The notes under the pieces were generated by a model, which was not told the origin of the DNA, made no database searches, and saw nothing but the letters and a program-made list of their open reading frames with translations. Positions 47,129 to 55,512 of a DNA stretch of 64,000 nt are shown piece after piece. The translations under genes and the position numbers were made by a program. Origin of the DNA: Candidatus Saccharimonadales bacterium (GTDB taxonomy: Bacteria; Patescibacteriota; Saccharimonadia; Saccharimonadales; OMJO01). How positions within the stretch are numbered: the first letter of the stretch is position 1; every line of letters begins with the position of its first letter. The stretch lies in the NCBI GenBank assembly GCA_035480035.1, contig DATIID010000001.1, positions 73,323-137,322 on the forward strand, written 5' to 3'.

Positions 47129-47137
47129 TTATCCACA
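47129..47137 (+). promoter_or_regulatory. Perfect DnaA-box 9-mer upstream of paralog copy 4
   Basis: TTATCCACA on the + strand, same orientation relative to the gene as at copy 3. Confidence 0.3.
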
Positions 47138-47215
47138 ACTGGCGTTAATCAGCTTGATAGTTCTACATTTTTGTAATTAAGGGTATAGTCAATGTATAAC
47201 CTTAAAGGAAAACAA

Positions 47216-47776
47216 ATGACTAAAACTACAAATAAACGCAAAACTTCTGTCGGACAGAAGTTATTAAGTGCTGTAAAACCAGGTAGCGTGAAGAGTGGAG
47301 CGTTGCTTTTTATGCTTGCCTTTGCGGTTATTGGTGGCAGCTACATGCTTTTTCGCAGTTATGCGGCCACCGAAATCGTTAAACAAGCTTGGGCGGATAA
47401 TGCTCCCAACCTAATCAAGCTAAGCAGCGGTTCGGCAGTTAAGCAAACTGATCCTGTTGGCGGCGCGCCATCTACTAAGGCTTGGCGACTGAAGCGTAAT
47501 GCAATAGTTTATGCTGAGTACAATTATCCGAGCAAAACCCCCCCCAGCAATATCAAATTTTGTGTATATTCCAGGTTCCCGTTGGTCAACCCCAGAAATG
47601 AGTTTCTTATATATGGCTGGCTCAAGTTCCAGGCTGGTAGCAAGAAATATCAAGAACAATGTTATCGGCCGACAAAGTTTTTGATCAAAAATGGCAATCG
47701 AATTGGATTTGAAGTCCAAAATTACGGTCCTGGCGATATGTTCATCTTGTATATGGCGTTCAAGTACACCTTATAA
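47216..47776 (+). CDS. Secreted protein, diverged fourth member of the paralog family
   Basis: Same N-terminal layout (MTKTTNKRK..., TM, RSYAAT) and conserved Cys spacing (KFCVYSR ... EQCYRP). Start moved to ATG 47216 (AAAGGAAAA SD) because TATAGT 47184-47189 sits 2 nt from the tracked ATG 47192. Confidence 0.55.
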   Translation: MTKTTNKRKTSVGQKLLSAVKPGSVKSGALLFMLAFAVIGGSYMLFRSYAATEIVKQAWADNAPNLIKLSSGSAVKQTDPVGGAPSTKAWRLKRNAIVYAEYNYPSKTPPSNIKFCVYSRFPLVNPRNEFLIYGWLKFQAGSKKYQEQCYRPTKFLIKNGNRIGFEVQNYGPGDMFILYMAFKYTL

Positions 47777-48409
47777 AATAAAACTACGAGTGTCGGCTGG
47801 AAGACTATCACCAGCTACGCACTCAGTGATCAAAACATTTACTTCTTTTAATAAGTTGGTCATTTGAGTCTGCTCATCCGCGTTAAATCTAGATAGTACA
47901 AAATCGGCACTATCGCCCTCGTGTTGATGAGCGTTGCCAATTCCAATTCGAATTCGGCCAAAATCTTCGCCAAGTCGCTCAATGATTGACTTAACTCCGT
48001 TATGACCAGCATCACTGCCGCCCACGCGGCTGCGAATTTGGCCGAACGGAATATCCAACTCGTCGTGGACGACTAAAATATCAGCATTAGTTAATTTATA
48101 AAAATGAGCGGTTGCTTCAACGGCTGCGCCGCTTAGGTTCATATAAGTCGTCGGTTTGATGACAATAAGACGTTTATCACCAATCAGACCGCTGGTGTGC
48201 AGGCACTTCAAGTCCTTTTTAACTACCCAGCCCGGTAAGTCATGCTGTTTGACGAAGTTATCAACCGCTGCGAAACCAATGTTATGGCGGGTGCCATCAT
48301 AATCTTTAGCCGGATTACCCAAACCAACGATCAGTACTGATTTATTAAGTCCTAATGTATATAACGGAGCACTGCTGCTGACCTGCGGTTTTTTTTGAAA
48401 TAAAGCCAT
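47771..48409 (-). CDS. pth: Peptidyl-tRNA hydrolase
   Basis: LIVGLGNPAKDYDGTRHNIGF and GHNGVKS. ~20-aa N-terminal extension. 6-nt convergent overlap with the upstream + gene. Confidence 0.93.
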   Translation of the reverse strand: MALFQKKPQVSSSAPLYTLGLNKSVLIVGLGNPAKDYDGTRHNIGFAAVDNFVKQHDLPGWVVKKDLKCLHTSGLIGDKRLIVIKPTTYMNLSGAAVEATAHFYKLTNADILVVHDELDIPFGQIRSRVGGSDAGHNGVKSIIERLGEDFGRIRIGIGNAHQHEGDSADFVLSRFNADEQTQMTNLLKEVNVLITECVAGDSLPADTRSFIL

Positions 48410-48417
48410 AACTAATT

Positions 48418-49770
48418 CTAACTCGTTTTGGGGCGATCGCCGTGTTTATGGGTGACGTGTTTTTCGATAAACCAAAACTTAATGGCTGTACCGTTAAAAC
48501 CGTAGCGCTGTCTAAGTTCACGTTCCATGTAACGTTTGTAGCTCCAGTGGATAAATTTGGTATGGCTGCCAAAGACTTTAAAGCTTGGCGTCGGGTTGTC
48601 GTTTTCTTGGATGATGTAGTTAAGTTTGGGTGCTCGATTTTTAAGTCCGGCTGGCGGATGTTTCACCGTCACTGATTTTAACCACTGGTTAAGCTCGGCA
48701 GTCTTAATCCGGCGAAATCGTTCATCGGTTATGTCTAATACCAAATCAAAAATTTTAGTCACGTTTTGGCCGGTGACTGAACTGGTAAATATTAATGATG
48801 CCCATGGCACAAAGTTATAGTCTTGCTTGAGTTTGGCGGCCAGTTCATCGCGTGTAAATGGTGTTTTTTGATCTGACATGGTGTCCCACTTACTAATGAC
48901 TAAAATCAAGCCCTTGCCAGCTTCCTTGATTAAACCGGCAATTTTTTGATCGAGTGCCACGCCAAGTTCATTGACGTCCATGAGTAATAAACAAACATCA
49001 GCTTGCTCGATCGCACTGAGTGATCTTAAAACGCTAAACTGTTCGATACCCTGCTCGATTTTACCGCTGCGGCGGATACCGGCGGTGTCCATCAGCTCGA
49101 TTTCTTTTTGCTTATATCCAATTACCGTTCGGTTAACATCGCGGGTAGTACCAGCACGAGCGGCTACGATGGCTTGCTGTTTTTTGGCCATAGCATTAAA
49201 AAGCGCTGATTTGCCAACGTTAGGCCGGCCAAGAATGGCCAGATGAATGCGGTCATCCGATACTTTAATTTTGGATCTGGGAATTTGATCAATTAGTTGG
49301 TCAAGTAATTCATCAATTCCTTGATTTTGTGTGGTCGATGTTAAAATAACCGGTTTAATACCCAAGTTAAGGTAATTATTGGCGACTGCTCGTGGTTGCT
49401 TATCGGACTTGTTAACGACTAAATAAACCAGTTTGCGACTTTTAAGCGCTAAAGTCGCAACTCGACGGTCCTCATCAGTTATGGCAGCATCAGCTTCAAT
49501 TACCACCCAAATCACGTCGGCACTATCAGTAGCCTGAATAATTTGCTCTTGAATTGTGAGCTCAAAATCATCTTCCGCGGATTTCATGCCAGCAGTATCA
49601 ACCAGCCAAAAATCCTGGCCTTTGTACTCCGCCCGAGCGGTAATACTATCCCGCGTCGTTCCAGCTTCACGGGCCACAATTGCCTCACGCCGTCTTAAGA
49701 TGGCATTAAATAAGCTGGACTTGCCGACGTTTGCCCGGCCGACAATGGCCACAATTGGTACTTTTTTCAT
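48418..49770 (-). CDS. der: Ribosome-associated GTPase Der (EngA)
   Basis: Tandem G domains (GRANVGKSS, DTAG, NKSD; GRPNVGKSA, DTAG, SKWD) plus a KH-like C-terminus. Confidence 0.96.
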   Translation of the reverse strand: MKKVPIVAIVGRANVGKSSLFNAILRRREAIVAREAGTTRDSITARAEYKGQDFWLVDTAGMKSAEDDFELTIQEQIIQATDSADVIWVVIEADAAITDEDRRVATLALKSRKLVYLVVNKSDKQPRAVANNYLNLGIKPVILTSTTQNQGIDELLDQLIDQIPRSKIKVSDDRIHLAILGRPNVGKSALFNAMAKKQQAIVAARAGTTRDVNRTVIGYKQKEIELMDTAGIRRSGKIEQGIEQFSVLRSLSAIEQADVCLLLMDVNELGVALDQKIAGLIKEAGKGLILVISKWDTMSDQKTPFTRDELAAKLKQDYNFVPWASLIFTSSVTGQNVTKIFDLVLDITDERFRRIKTAELNQWLKSVTVKHPPAGLKNRAPKLNYIIQENDNPTPSFKVFGSHTKFIHWSYKRYMERELRQRYGFNGTAIKFWFIEKHVTHKHGDRPKTS

Positions 49771-49823
49771 CCTAAAAGATTAGCATTTTGTTAGAGTATT
49801 GACAACTAGTTAAAACGATTTTA

Positions 49824-50468
49824 TTAGATTTCTTTAGTTTTTCCCTTGGCTAATGAACGGAGCTGATAGTCGCCAAATTTAATACGATGGAGTTTGACGA
49901 CTGTATAGCCAAGGGCGTCAAAAGTGCGGCGGATTTGTCGGTTGCGACCTTCCGACATAGTCACTTTCCAGTTTTTATCGACGCCTTGTAGCCTAAGACT
50001 GCTCAGTCCATCATGCAGTTTGACACCCTCAAATATTTGAGTTTGATCGCCAGTAGTTAAGGTTTTATTTAACTTAACTTCGTATATCTTCTCTTTTTGG
50101 AAAGACGGATGGGTTAGTTGATTAGCCAGTTCGCCATCATTAGTTAACACTAAAAGGCCAGAGCTATCTTTATCGAGCCGACCGACTGGTTTAAGATTGT
50201 GGTATTTAGCTGGTAACAAGTCATAAATTGTCTGACTGCCCTGGCCGTTACGACTACAAATATAGCCAATCGGTTTATTGAATATAATGGTGAGCGTTGG
50301 TTTAAGTTTCAACGGCTGATAGTTAAACGTTACGACATCGTCGTTTTGAACGTTATAGCCGGTTTCGGCAAGGCGCCCGTTAACTAAGACCTGGCCAGAC
50401 TCAATCGCTTTGTCCGCCGCCCGGCGACTTAAACCACTGGCTTTGGCAACATATTGATTGATTCTCAT
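49824..50468 (-). CDS. rluB: Pseudouridine synthase, RsuA/RluB family
   Basis: N-terminal S4 domain (RINQYVAKASGLSRRAADKAI) and catalytic GRLDKDSSGLLVLTNDG. Confidence 0.88.
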   Translation of the reverse strand: MRINQYVAKASGLSRRAADKAIESGQVLVNGRLAETGYNVQNDDVVTFNYQPLKLKPTLTIIFNKPIGYICSRNGQGSQTIYDLLPAKYHNLKPVGRLDKDSSGLLVLTNDGELANQLTHPSFQKEKIYEVKLNKTLTTGDQTQIFEGVKLHDGLSSLRLQGVDKNWKVTMSEGRNRQIRRTFDALGYTVVKLHRIKFGDYQLRSLAKGKTKEI

Positions 50469-50477
50469 TTAGATAGT

Positions 50478-51449
50478 TTATAACGCGATTGAGCTGGGGT
50501 CATTGGGGCCCGGAGCTGATGGTGGTGGACTAGGCGGCGTTAAAGTACCTGATGAACCTTCTTTCGCCAGCAAATCATCCAAGTTTGGACCGTCTAATGG
50601 TTGCCCGGTCGGGCTGATAACTTTTTTGTGAACTGGTGGACTATCATCACCCGGTAGTTTGTCCGGTCGTGGTGGCCCGCCAGAAATTGGCGCGTCGTTA
50701 TTATTGTTGCTGGGTGATGGCTGTAGTTGAGGGGTTGGGTCAGTAGTTATTGCTGGTGGAGTTGGCGTATCGGTCTGAGGTGGTGAGCTTAGCGGTGGTG
50801 CAGTTGGGGTTGGTGGCATAGGATCTGGAGTTGGTGGATTGACGCTCGCCACAAAATCATTAATTTGTTTGTTAATTTGGTCTTCTTCATTGGAATTAGT
50901 TTGAGCCAGTGCTGAATCGGCTTTCGGGCCAGTTGACTCGATATTAAGACTTGATAGATCGATTTGTGGTGTGGTGACCGGCGCAGCTGGTATTGTTGGG
51001 GCAGCTGGCACTGGTGGTGTAATTGGGCCGCCGGTTGTGGCGGCGTCGTCGCTGACAACACCGGATGATGACGGACTTGTGGTACCTTCCAGGACTTCTC
51101 TAGCAACTCGGGCCACATCTTCCAATGTGACTTGTGATTTGACAAGATAACGATCAGCGCCTAATTTTTCGGCTCGATTTTTATCTTCGGCTTGAGATAA
51201 GGCGGTCATCATAACCACTTTAGTGTTTTTGGTCTCTTGAGTACCACGCAAAATATCAAGCATATCGAAACCGCTGATTTTAGGCATCATGACGTCAGAA
51301 ATAATTAAGTCCGGCTTTTCTTTGACAGCTAAGGCCAAGGCTTCCTCGCCGTCGCGAGCACTAACGATTTCATAACCCTCTGCTAATAGTCGAGCCTCGT
51401 AAATCTCCCGAAGGTTGTTATCATCCTCGACCAACATTATTTTTGCCAT
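50478..51449 (-). CDS. Response-regulator receiver with ~200-aa Pro-rich low-complexity C-terminal tail (no output domain)
   Basis: Intact REC (VEDDN, IISDVMMP, MMTAL, LVKS), paralogous to 12382-12888. The tail is rich in P/T/S/A (PPTPDPMPPTPTAPPLSSPPQTDTPTPP). Confidence 0.85.
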   Translation of the reverse strand: MAKIMLVEDDNNLREIYEARLLAEGYEIVSARDGEEALALAVKEKPDLIISDVMMPKISGFDMLDILRGTQETKNTKVVMMTALSQAEDKNRAEKLGADRYLVKSQVTLEDVARVAREVLEGTTSPSSSGVVSDDAATTGGPITPPVPAAPTIPAAPVTTPQIDLSSLNIESTGPKADSALAQTNSNEEDQINKQINDFVASVNPPTPDPMPPTPTAPPLSSPPQTDTPTPPAITTDPTPQLQPSPSNNNNDAPISGGPPRPDKLPGDDSPPVHKKVISPTGQPLDGPNLDDLLAKEGSSGTLTPPSPPPSAPGPNDPSSIAL

Positions 51450-51526
51450 GACGTTTGATTTACCTGCTTAAGCCATTAACATGCTTATGTTACCAGTTAT
51501 TGTATCACGAGTCCAAATGCCTATTA

Positions 51527-52888
51527 TTAAGTGGTTAATGGTGAAAATGACTTTGACTCCTTGGTTTGTAAATTGCTGGCCTGCTGGGTGTTTAGGCGGG
51601 GCAAGTTGATATAAAAAGTTGTGCCCTCGCCAAGTTGGCTTTCAACCCAAATCCGACCTTGGCTAAGTTCAACAATGCTTCGGCTTATAAATAAGCCCAG
51701 TCCGGTGCCGTTAATACTTCGAGTGGTTGAGTTGTCGACTCGGTAAAACTTCTGGAACAGATGAGGCAAATCTTCGGCAGCGATGCCAGCACCAGTATCC
51801 CGGACGTAAAGTTGGATGACCTTGTCATCACCTGTTAAGCCGACCGAAATTTTGCCATGATCAGTGTATTTGACGCCGTTATCAAATAAATTGGTAATGG
51901 CTTCACGCATTCTGTCGGGATCGGCTTGAGCATAATATAGCGGCCGAATAACCTTTTCACCGGCGGCAGTGGTTTTAGTTTCGTTACCACCAGAACCAAT
52001 CAAAAATTCTACCGTTAAACCTTTCTTTTCAGCCGTGAAGCGCAAACTGTCGGTAATCTGCTCGAGTAGGGCGCCAAACTCTACTACTTGAGGGTGGTTG
52101 ACTAAACGGCCGTCCTCGGCCTTAGCGCTAGTTAACAAGTCTTGGAACAACTGCCCTAAATGTTTAGTACTGGTGTGAGCCTTTTCCAAATAATCACGGG
52201 CTCGACCGTCAATGTTGGCAACGTGAGGGTTAAGAGCCAGGGCTAAGTAACCTTCAATCGCTGCCACAGGTGTACGCATTTCATGACTAGCGGTGCTGAT
52301 AAAGTCGGCCCGTTGTTCTTCGTCGGCCCGTTCCTGTGTAACGTCGCGAAAAACACCGACCACAGCATTAACTGCATTCTTACTATCAATAATCGGTGTA
52401 ACAATCAAATGGATGGGGATTTGGCGGTTAGCTTTGGTCATAATCACCGCTTGGTTATCACGAAACGGCTTCTGCTCACTCATCACCCTAGCAAATGGCT
52501 CATGCTCTTGATCATAAGCCCGGCCTTTAGTATCGATCAATTGTAAAACTGAATGGTAATCTAGGCCCTCAGCATCTTCCTTTTTCCAGCCAATCAGTCT
52601 TGAAGCGCCATTATTAAACACCTGGATAGTATTCTTGCTGTCAATCATTACCACCCCATCCTCAATTGAACTTAGGATGACCTCAGCTTTAACTTTTTCG
52701 GTACTGGCTTCGTTACGACTGCCGACGATTGCTTTGGCATCGTGACGGCGAATAATCAGTGCAAAAATAACCCCCACTAATACTAAAATCGCCACGCTAA
52801 AAACAATTAACCAGACAGATGATGAACTGGAACTGCCGCTTGCGGTTGCAAAGTCAATGGGTATCATAAAATAACCAAGTGATAACAC
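51527..52888 (-). CDS. Sensor histidine kinase (TM + PAS + HisKA + HATPase_c)
   Basis: H-box SHEMRTPV, N-box NLFDNGVKYT, G1 DTGAGI, G2 GTGLGL. Adjacent to the REC gene. Confidence 0.9.
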   Translation of the reverse strand: MLSLGYFMIPIDFATASGSSSSSSVWLIVFSVAILVLVGVIFALIIRRHDAKAIVGSRNEASTEKVKAEVILSSIEDGVVMIDSKNTIQVFNNGASRLIGWKKEDAEGLDYHSVLQLIDTKGRAYDQEHEPFARVMSEQKPFRDNQAVIMTKANRQIPIHLIVTPIIDSKNAVNAVVGVFRDVTQERADEEQRADFISTASHEMRTPVAAIEGYLALALNPHVANIDGRARDYLEKAHTSTKHLGQLFQDLLTSAKAEDGRLVNHPQVVEFGALLEQITDSLRFTAEKKGLTVEFLIGSGGNETKTTAAGEKVIRPLYYAQADPDRMREAITNLFDNGVKYTDHGKISVGLTGDDKVIQLYVRDTGAGIAAEDLPHLFQKFYRVDNSTTRSINGTGLGLFISRSIVELSQGRIWVESQLGEGTTFYINLPRLNTQQASNLQTKESKSFSPLTT

Positions 52889-52992
52889 TTATGGTTTATT
52901 ATCGGTGTTTTAGGGTTAATTTACAACTGTGCCGTCTGGACTTGCCACCCCTGTCATGCTAGTATTACGCCGTTAATGGTTGTGTAAAAGCT

Positions 52993-53069
52993 GGCCCCGT
53001 CGTCTAGCGGTTCAGGATATCTGGTTCTCATCCAGAAGATCGCGGGTTCGAATCCCGCCGGGGTCACCA
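52993..53069 (+). tRNA. tRNA-Glu (anticodon CUC), CCA encoded
   Basis: Cloverleaf by hand: acceptor GGCCCCG/CGGGGTC (one GU), D-arm GTCTAGCGGTTCAGGA, anticodon stem TCTGG/CCAGA with loop TTCTCAT, T-arm GCGGGTTCGAATCCCGC, discriminator A plus CCA. Confidence 0.93.
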
Positions 53070-53090
53070 AAGTTCGCTATAATAAGTTTA

Positions 53091-53672
53091 ATGAAAAATT
53101 TTATTAAGAAATACATCAATGTTTTTTTAGTGGTGCTACTAGTTAGCTTCATCTATAGTTCGATTTACACTACTGCTCAGCAGGTCTTAAGAATGGACGC
53201 CAATGACCCTCAGATTCAGATGGCCGAGGACACTGCCGCCAAACTCGATGAACACTTCAAGCCCCAAGCTTTAACTGGCCGATATATTGACGTGGGTCGT
53301 AGCCTAGCACCATTCATTATCATTTACGACAAATCTGGCGAAGTTGTGGCTGGTTCTGGCTATTTGGATAACCGAGTGCCGAAAGTCCCTCTTGGGGTTC
53401 TTAAGCACTCTGAAAATAAGACAAATGGCAACCGGGTAACTTGGCAACTGAGCGGTAATGTCCGCATTGCTTCAGTGACTGTAGCGACACGTCATTATTA
53501 TGTGTTAGCCGGTCGTAATCTACGTGAAGTTGAAAACCGCGCGAACGACGTCTTAAAGATGGTGACCTTTAGCTGGATTATTTCTCTACTGACTGTTGGT
53601 GTATTTTATAAACTTAAAATTCACCCTGACATTCCTGAAAAGAAACTATCGAAGAATTTGCACAAGCGGTAG
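53091..53672 (+). CDS. Hypothetical bitopic membrane protein
   Basis: The tracked ORF (52980) runs through the tRNA. The in-frame ATG 53091 is preceded by TATAAT (53078-53083) plus 7 nt. TM helices at both ends. Confidence 0.55.
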   Translation: MKNFIKKYINVFLVVLLVSFIYSSIYTTAQQVLRMDANDPQIQMAEDTAAKLDEHFKPQALTGRYIDVGRSLAPFIIIYDKSGEVVAGSGYLDNRVPKVPLGVLKHSENKTNGNRVTWQLSGNVRIASVTVATRHYYVLAGRNLREVENRANDVLKMVTFSWIISLLTVGVFYKLKIHPDIPEKKLSKNLHKR

Positions 53673-54923
53673 CTCCTGCCAATTCGACACGTAGCGTGGA
53701 CTGAGCAAGCGATGCTTGGGCTGCCAATTATCACCTAAATCCTCAGTTGCCCAACGAATGGTACGCTTGCCCCAGCGGTTATTGATCTGGTCAATCATAT
53801 TCATCTTAATCTTGGAACGATCAAAGCCTGTTGGATTGACGTAACCTAACAAGTCAGTCTGCAATCGGCTAGCCGGCACAAAATCATATAGCCAGACACC
53901 AGCCCGATGATACAGTTGCCGCTGATCATAAATTTGACTAAATTGACTAACTAATCGGCTCAGTATCAACCCCGTGTCAGCCGTTGGTGTCGAAAACTTA
54001 ATTTCCCTTGTCCACGACCGGTAACCGGGTTTATGACGACTAGTGGTTAAGAATAAACCGGCCCGACGTGTTAGTTGATCTTCACGGCGCAAGCGGTAAG
54101 CTGCACCAGCGGCGAAGTTAGCCAGCGCCGCTTCAATAACGCCGGCATTGTTGGTATCCTCACCAAAAGTACGGGTCCGGGCAATGCTTTGCTGTAATTT
54201 GCCTTCACGCTGTAAGCCATAACATGGGACACCGTTTAGCTCGGCCACCATTTGCCGGCCATGAATGCCCATTAATTGTTGAGCAAATTGTGGCGACAAC
54301 TCCGATAGCTGCCAAGCATTACTAATACCTTCGGCTTTAAGCCGTGGCGCCAGCCGCCAGCCAACGCCCCAAATGTCTTGAATAGCCGTATTAGCCAAAA
54401 ACTGCTGCGGCCATTTTGGTAGGGCCAGCACGCCGTTATGTTCGGGGTGTTTTTTAGCATATTCGCTGGCTAGTTTGGCCAGGGTTTTAGTTGGGGCAAT
54501 ACCAATCGACACTGGAATGCCAACCCAATCAAGGATTTTTTGCCGAACTACGCGTCCCCAGGCTGGATAATCTTTAATCTTTAGTTGGCTGAGGTCTAAA
54601 AATGATTCATCAACTGAATAAACTTCAATGCGCGGTGTAATACTGGTTAGTAGCATGGCAATTCGTTTACTAATATCACCATAGAGTTCAAAATTAGCTG
54701 AAAATTGAATCACACAGTGGTCTTTAAATAATTGGCGGTACTTAAAGGCTGGTGCCCCCATTGGGATACCAAGAGCTTTAGCTTCATTACTGCGGGCTAC
54801 GGCACACCCGTCATTACTCGATAAGACTACCACTGGCTGGCCTTCTAAATCTGGCCGAAAAACTTTCTCGCAGCTAACGAAGAAGTTATTACAATCAATT
54901 AGTGCAAAAATTGGCTTACGCAT
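53646..54923 (-). CDS. umuC: Y-family DNA polymerase, UmuC-like
   Basis: IDCNNFFVSCE, SVDESFLD, little-finger region. Follows the umuD-like gene with a 1-nt overlap. Confidence 0.9.
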   Translation of the reverse strand: MRKPIFALIDCNNFFVSCEKVFRPDLEGQPVVVLSSNDGCAVARSNEAKALGIPMGAPAFKYRQLFKDHCVIQFSANFELYGDISKRIAMLLTSITPRIEVYSVDESFLDLSQLKIKDYPAWGRVVRQKILDWVGIPVSIGIAPTKTLAKLASEYAKKHPEHNGVLALPKWPQQFLANTAIQDIWGVGWRLAPRLKAEGISNAWQLSELSPQFAQQLMGIHGRQMVAELNGVPCYGLQREGKLQQSIARTRTFGEDTNNAGVIEAALANFAAGAAYRLRREDQLTRRAGLFLTTSRHKPGYRSWTREIKFSTPTADTGLILSRLVSQFSQIYDQRQLYHRAGVWLYDFVPASRLQTDLLGYVNPTGFDRSKIKMNMIDQINNRWGKRTIRWATEDLGDNWQPKHRLLSPRYVSNWQELPLVQILR

Positions 54924-55273
54924 CAGTAGTCCCGGTATGGATGGATAGTCGTGGTGACTACGCCCCAGTGCGATGTACCCTGGGGTAGCCGTGACGGCAG
55001 ACTAATCACAAATGATTCGCCTTGCCACCAAACAATTAAATCATTCGGTCGAGCGTCAACCACCCGGTCGACAATAATAATATCGCCGGCAAATATGCCG
55101 CTTGACTGCCAATCGTTACCACTGATACGCATAAAGTAAGTCCCGGCCATATGTTTTACCAGTAAGCGGTTAAGATCCAAACTATCCAGCGAGCCGTCAA
55201 GCGCTGGATTTGGGAAACCTGCGTGGACCGATACGCCGTCCAAGTCGCCGCTGGTTAGTTTTGAGCCAATCAT
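54923..55273 (-). CDS. umuD: UmuD-like S24-fold protein lacking the Ser/Lys catalytic dyad
   Basis: Aligns to E. coli UmuD (AGFPNPA..., TYFMRISGNDW vs TYFVKASGDSM, GESFVISL vs GEFTVKKL). This gives S60->D and K97->I. 116 aa. Confidence 0.8.
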   Translation of the reverse strand: MIGSKLTSGDLDGVSVHAGFPNPALDGSLDSLDLNRLLVKHMAGTYFMRISGNDWQSSGIFAGDIIIVDRVVDARPNDLIVWWQGESFVISLPSRLPQGTSHWGVVTTTIHPYRDY

Positions 55274-55512
55274 GACAGTGCCTTTCGGTTAACCAATGTC
55301 CATTGATTGTCTTCCAGGCGCAAGCGGAACAACTGTTGACCATCAGTCATGTCAAACAGCCGAACTAAGTGCTGACCGGTTTGGATTAAGTACTGCAAAC
55401 CGCTATCGATAAATGAGTAGGACCTATCGTCAACTGTGATAGTCCGCGGCACGCTTTTAATACCTCGTTTATTAACAAAGGTGTAAGCGTTAATTTCAAT
55501 TTCGTGATTCAT
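55270..55512 (-). CDS. Small hypothetical protein, first gene of the umuDC-like operon
   Basis: ATG 55512, 7 nt after an AAGGAG SD (the tracked TTG 55518 is too close to the SD). The stop overlaps the umuD-like start (ATGA). Confidence 0.5.
   Translation of the reverse strand: MNHEIEINAYTFVNKRGIKSVPRTITVDDRSYSFIDSGLQYLIQTGQHLVRLFDMTDGQQLFRLRLEDNQWTLVNRKALS

Noticed and set aside
50789-51145. 118-aa alternative-frame ORF inside the Pro-rich tail of the response regulator
   Set aside because: Same strand, different frame, within a low-complexity GC-rich repeat-like region. The REC-containing frame is clearly the real one.
52980-53090. 5' part of the tracked ORF 52980-53672
   Set aside because: It runs straight through the tRNA-Glu gene (52993-53069). 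The in-frame ATG 53091 with TATAAT + 7 nt is the credible start.
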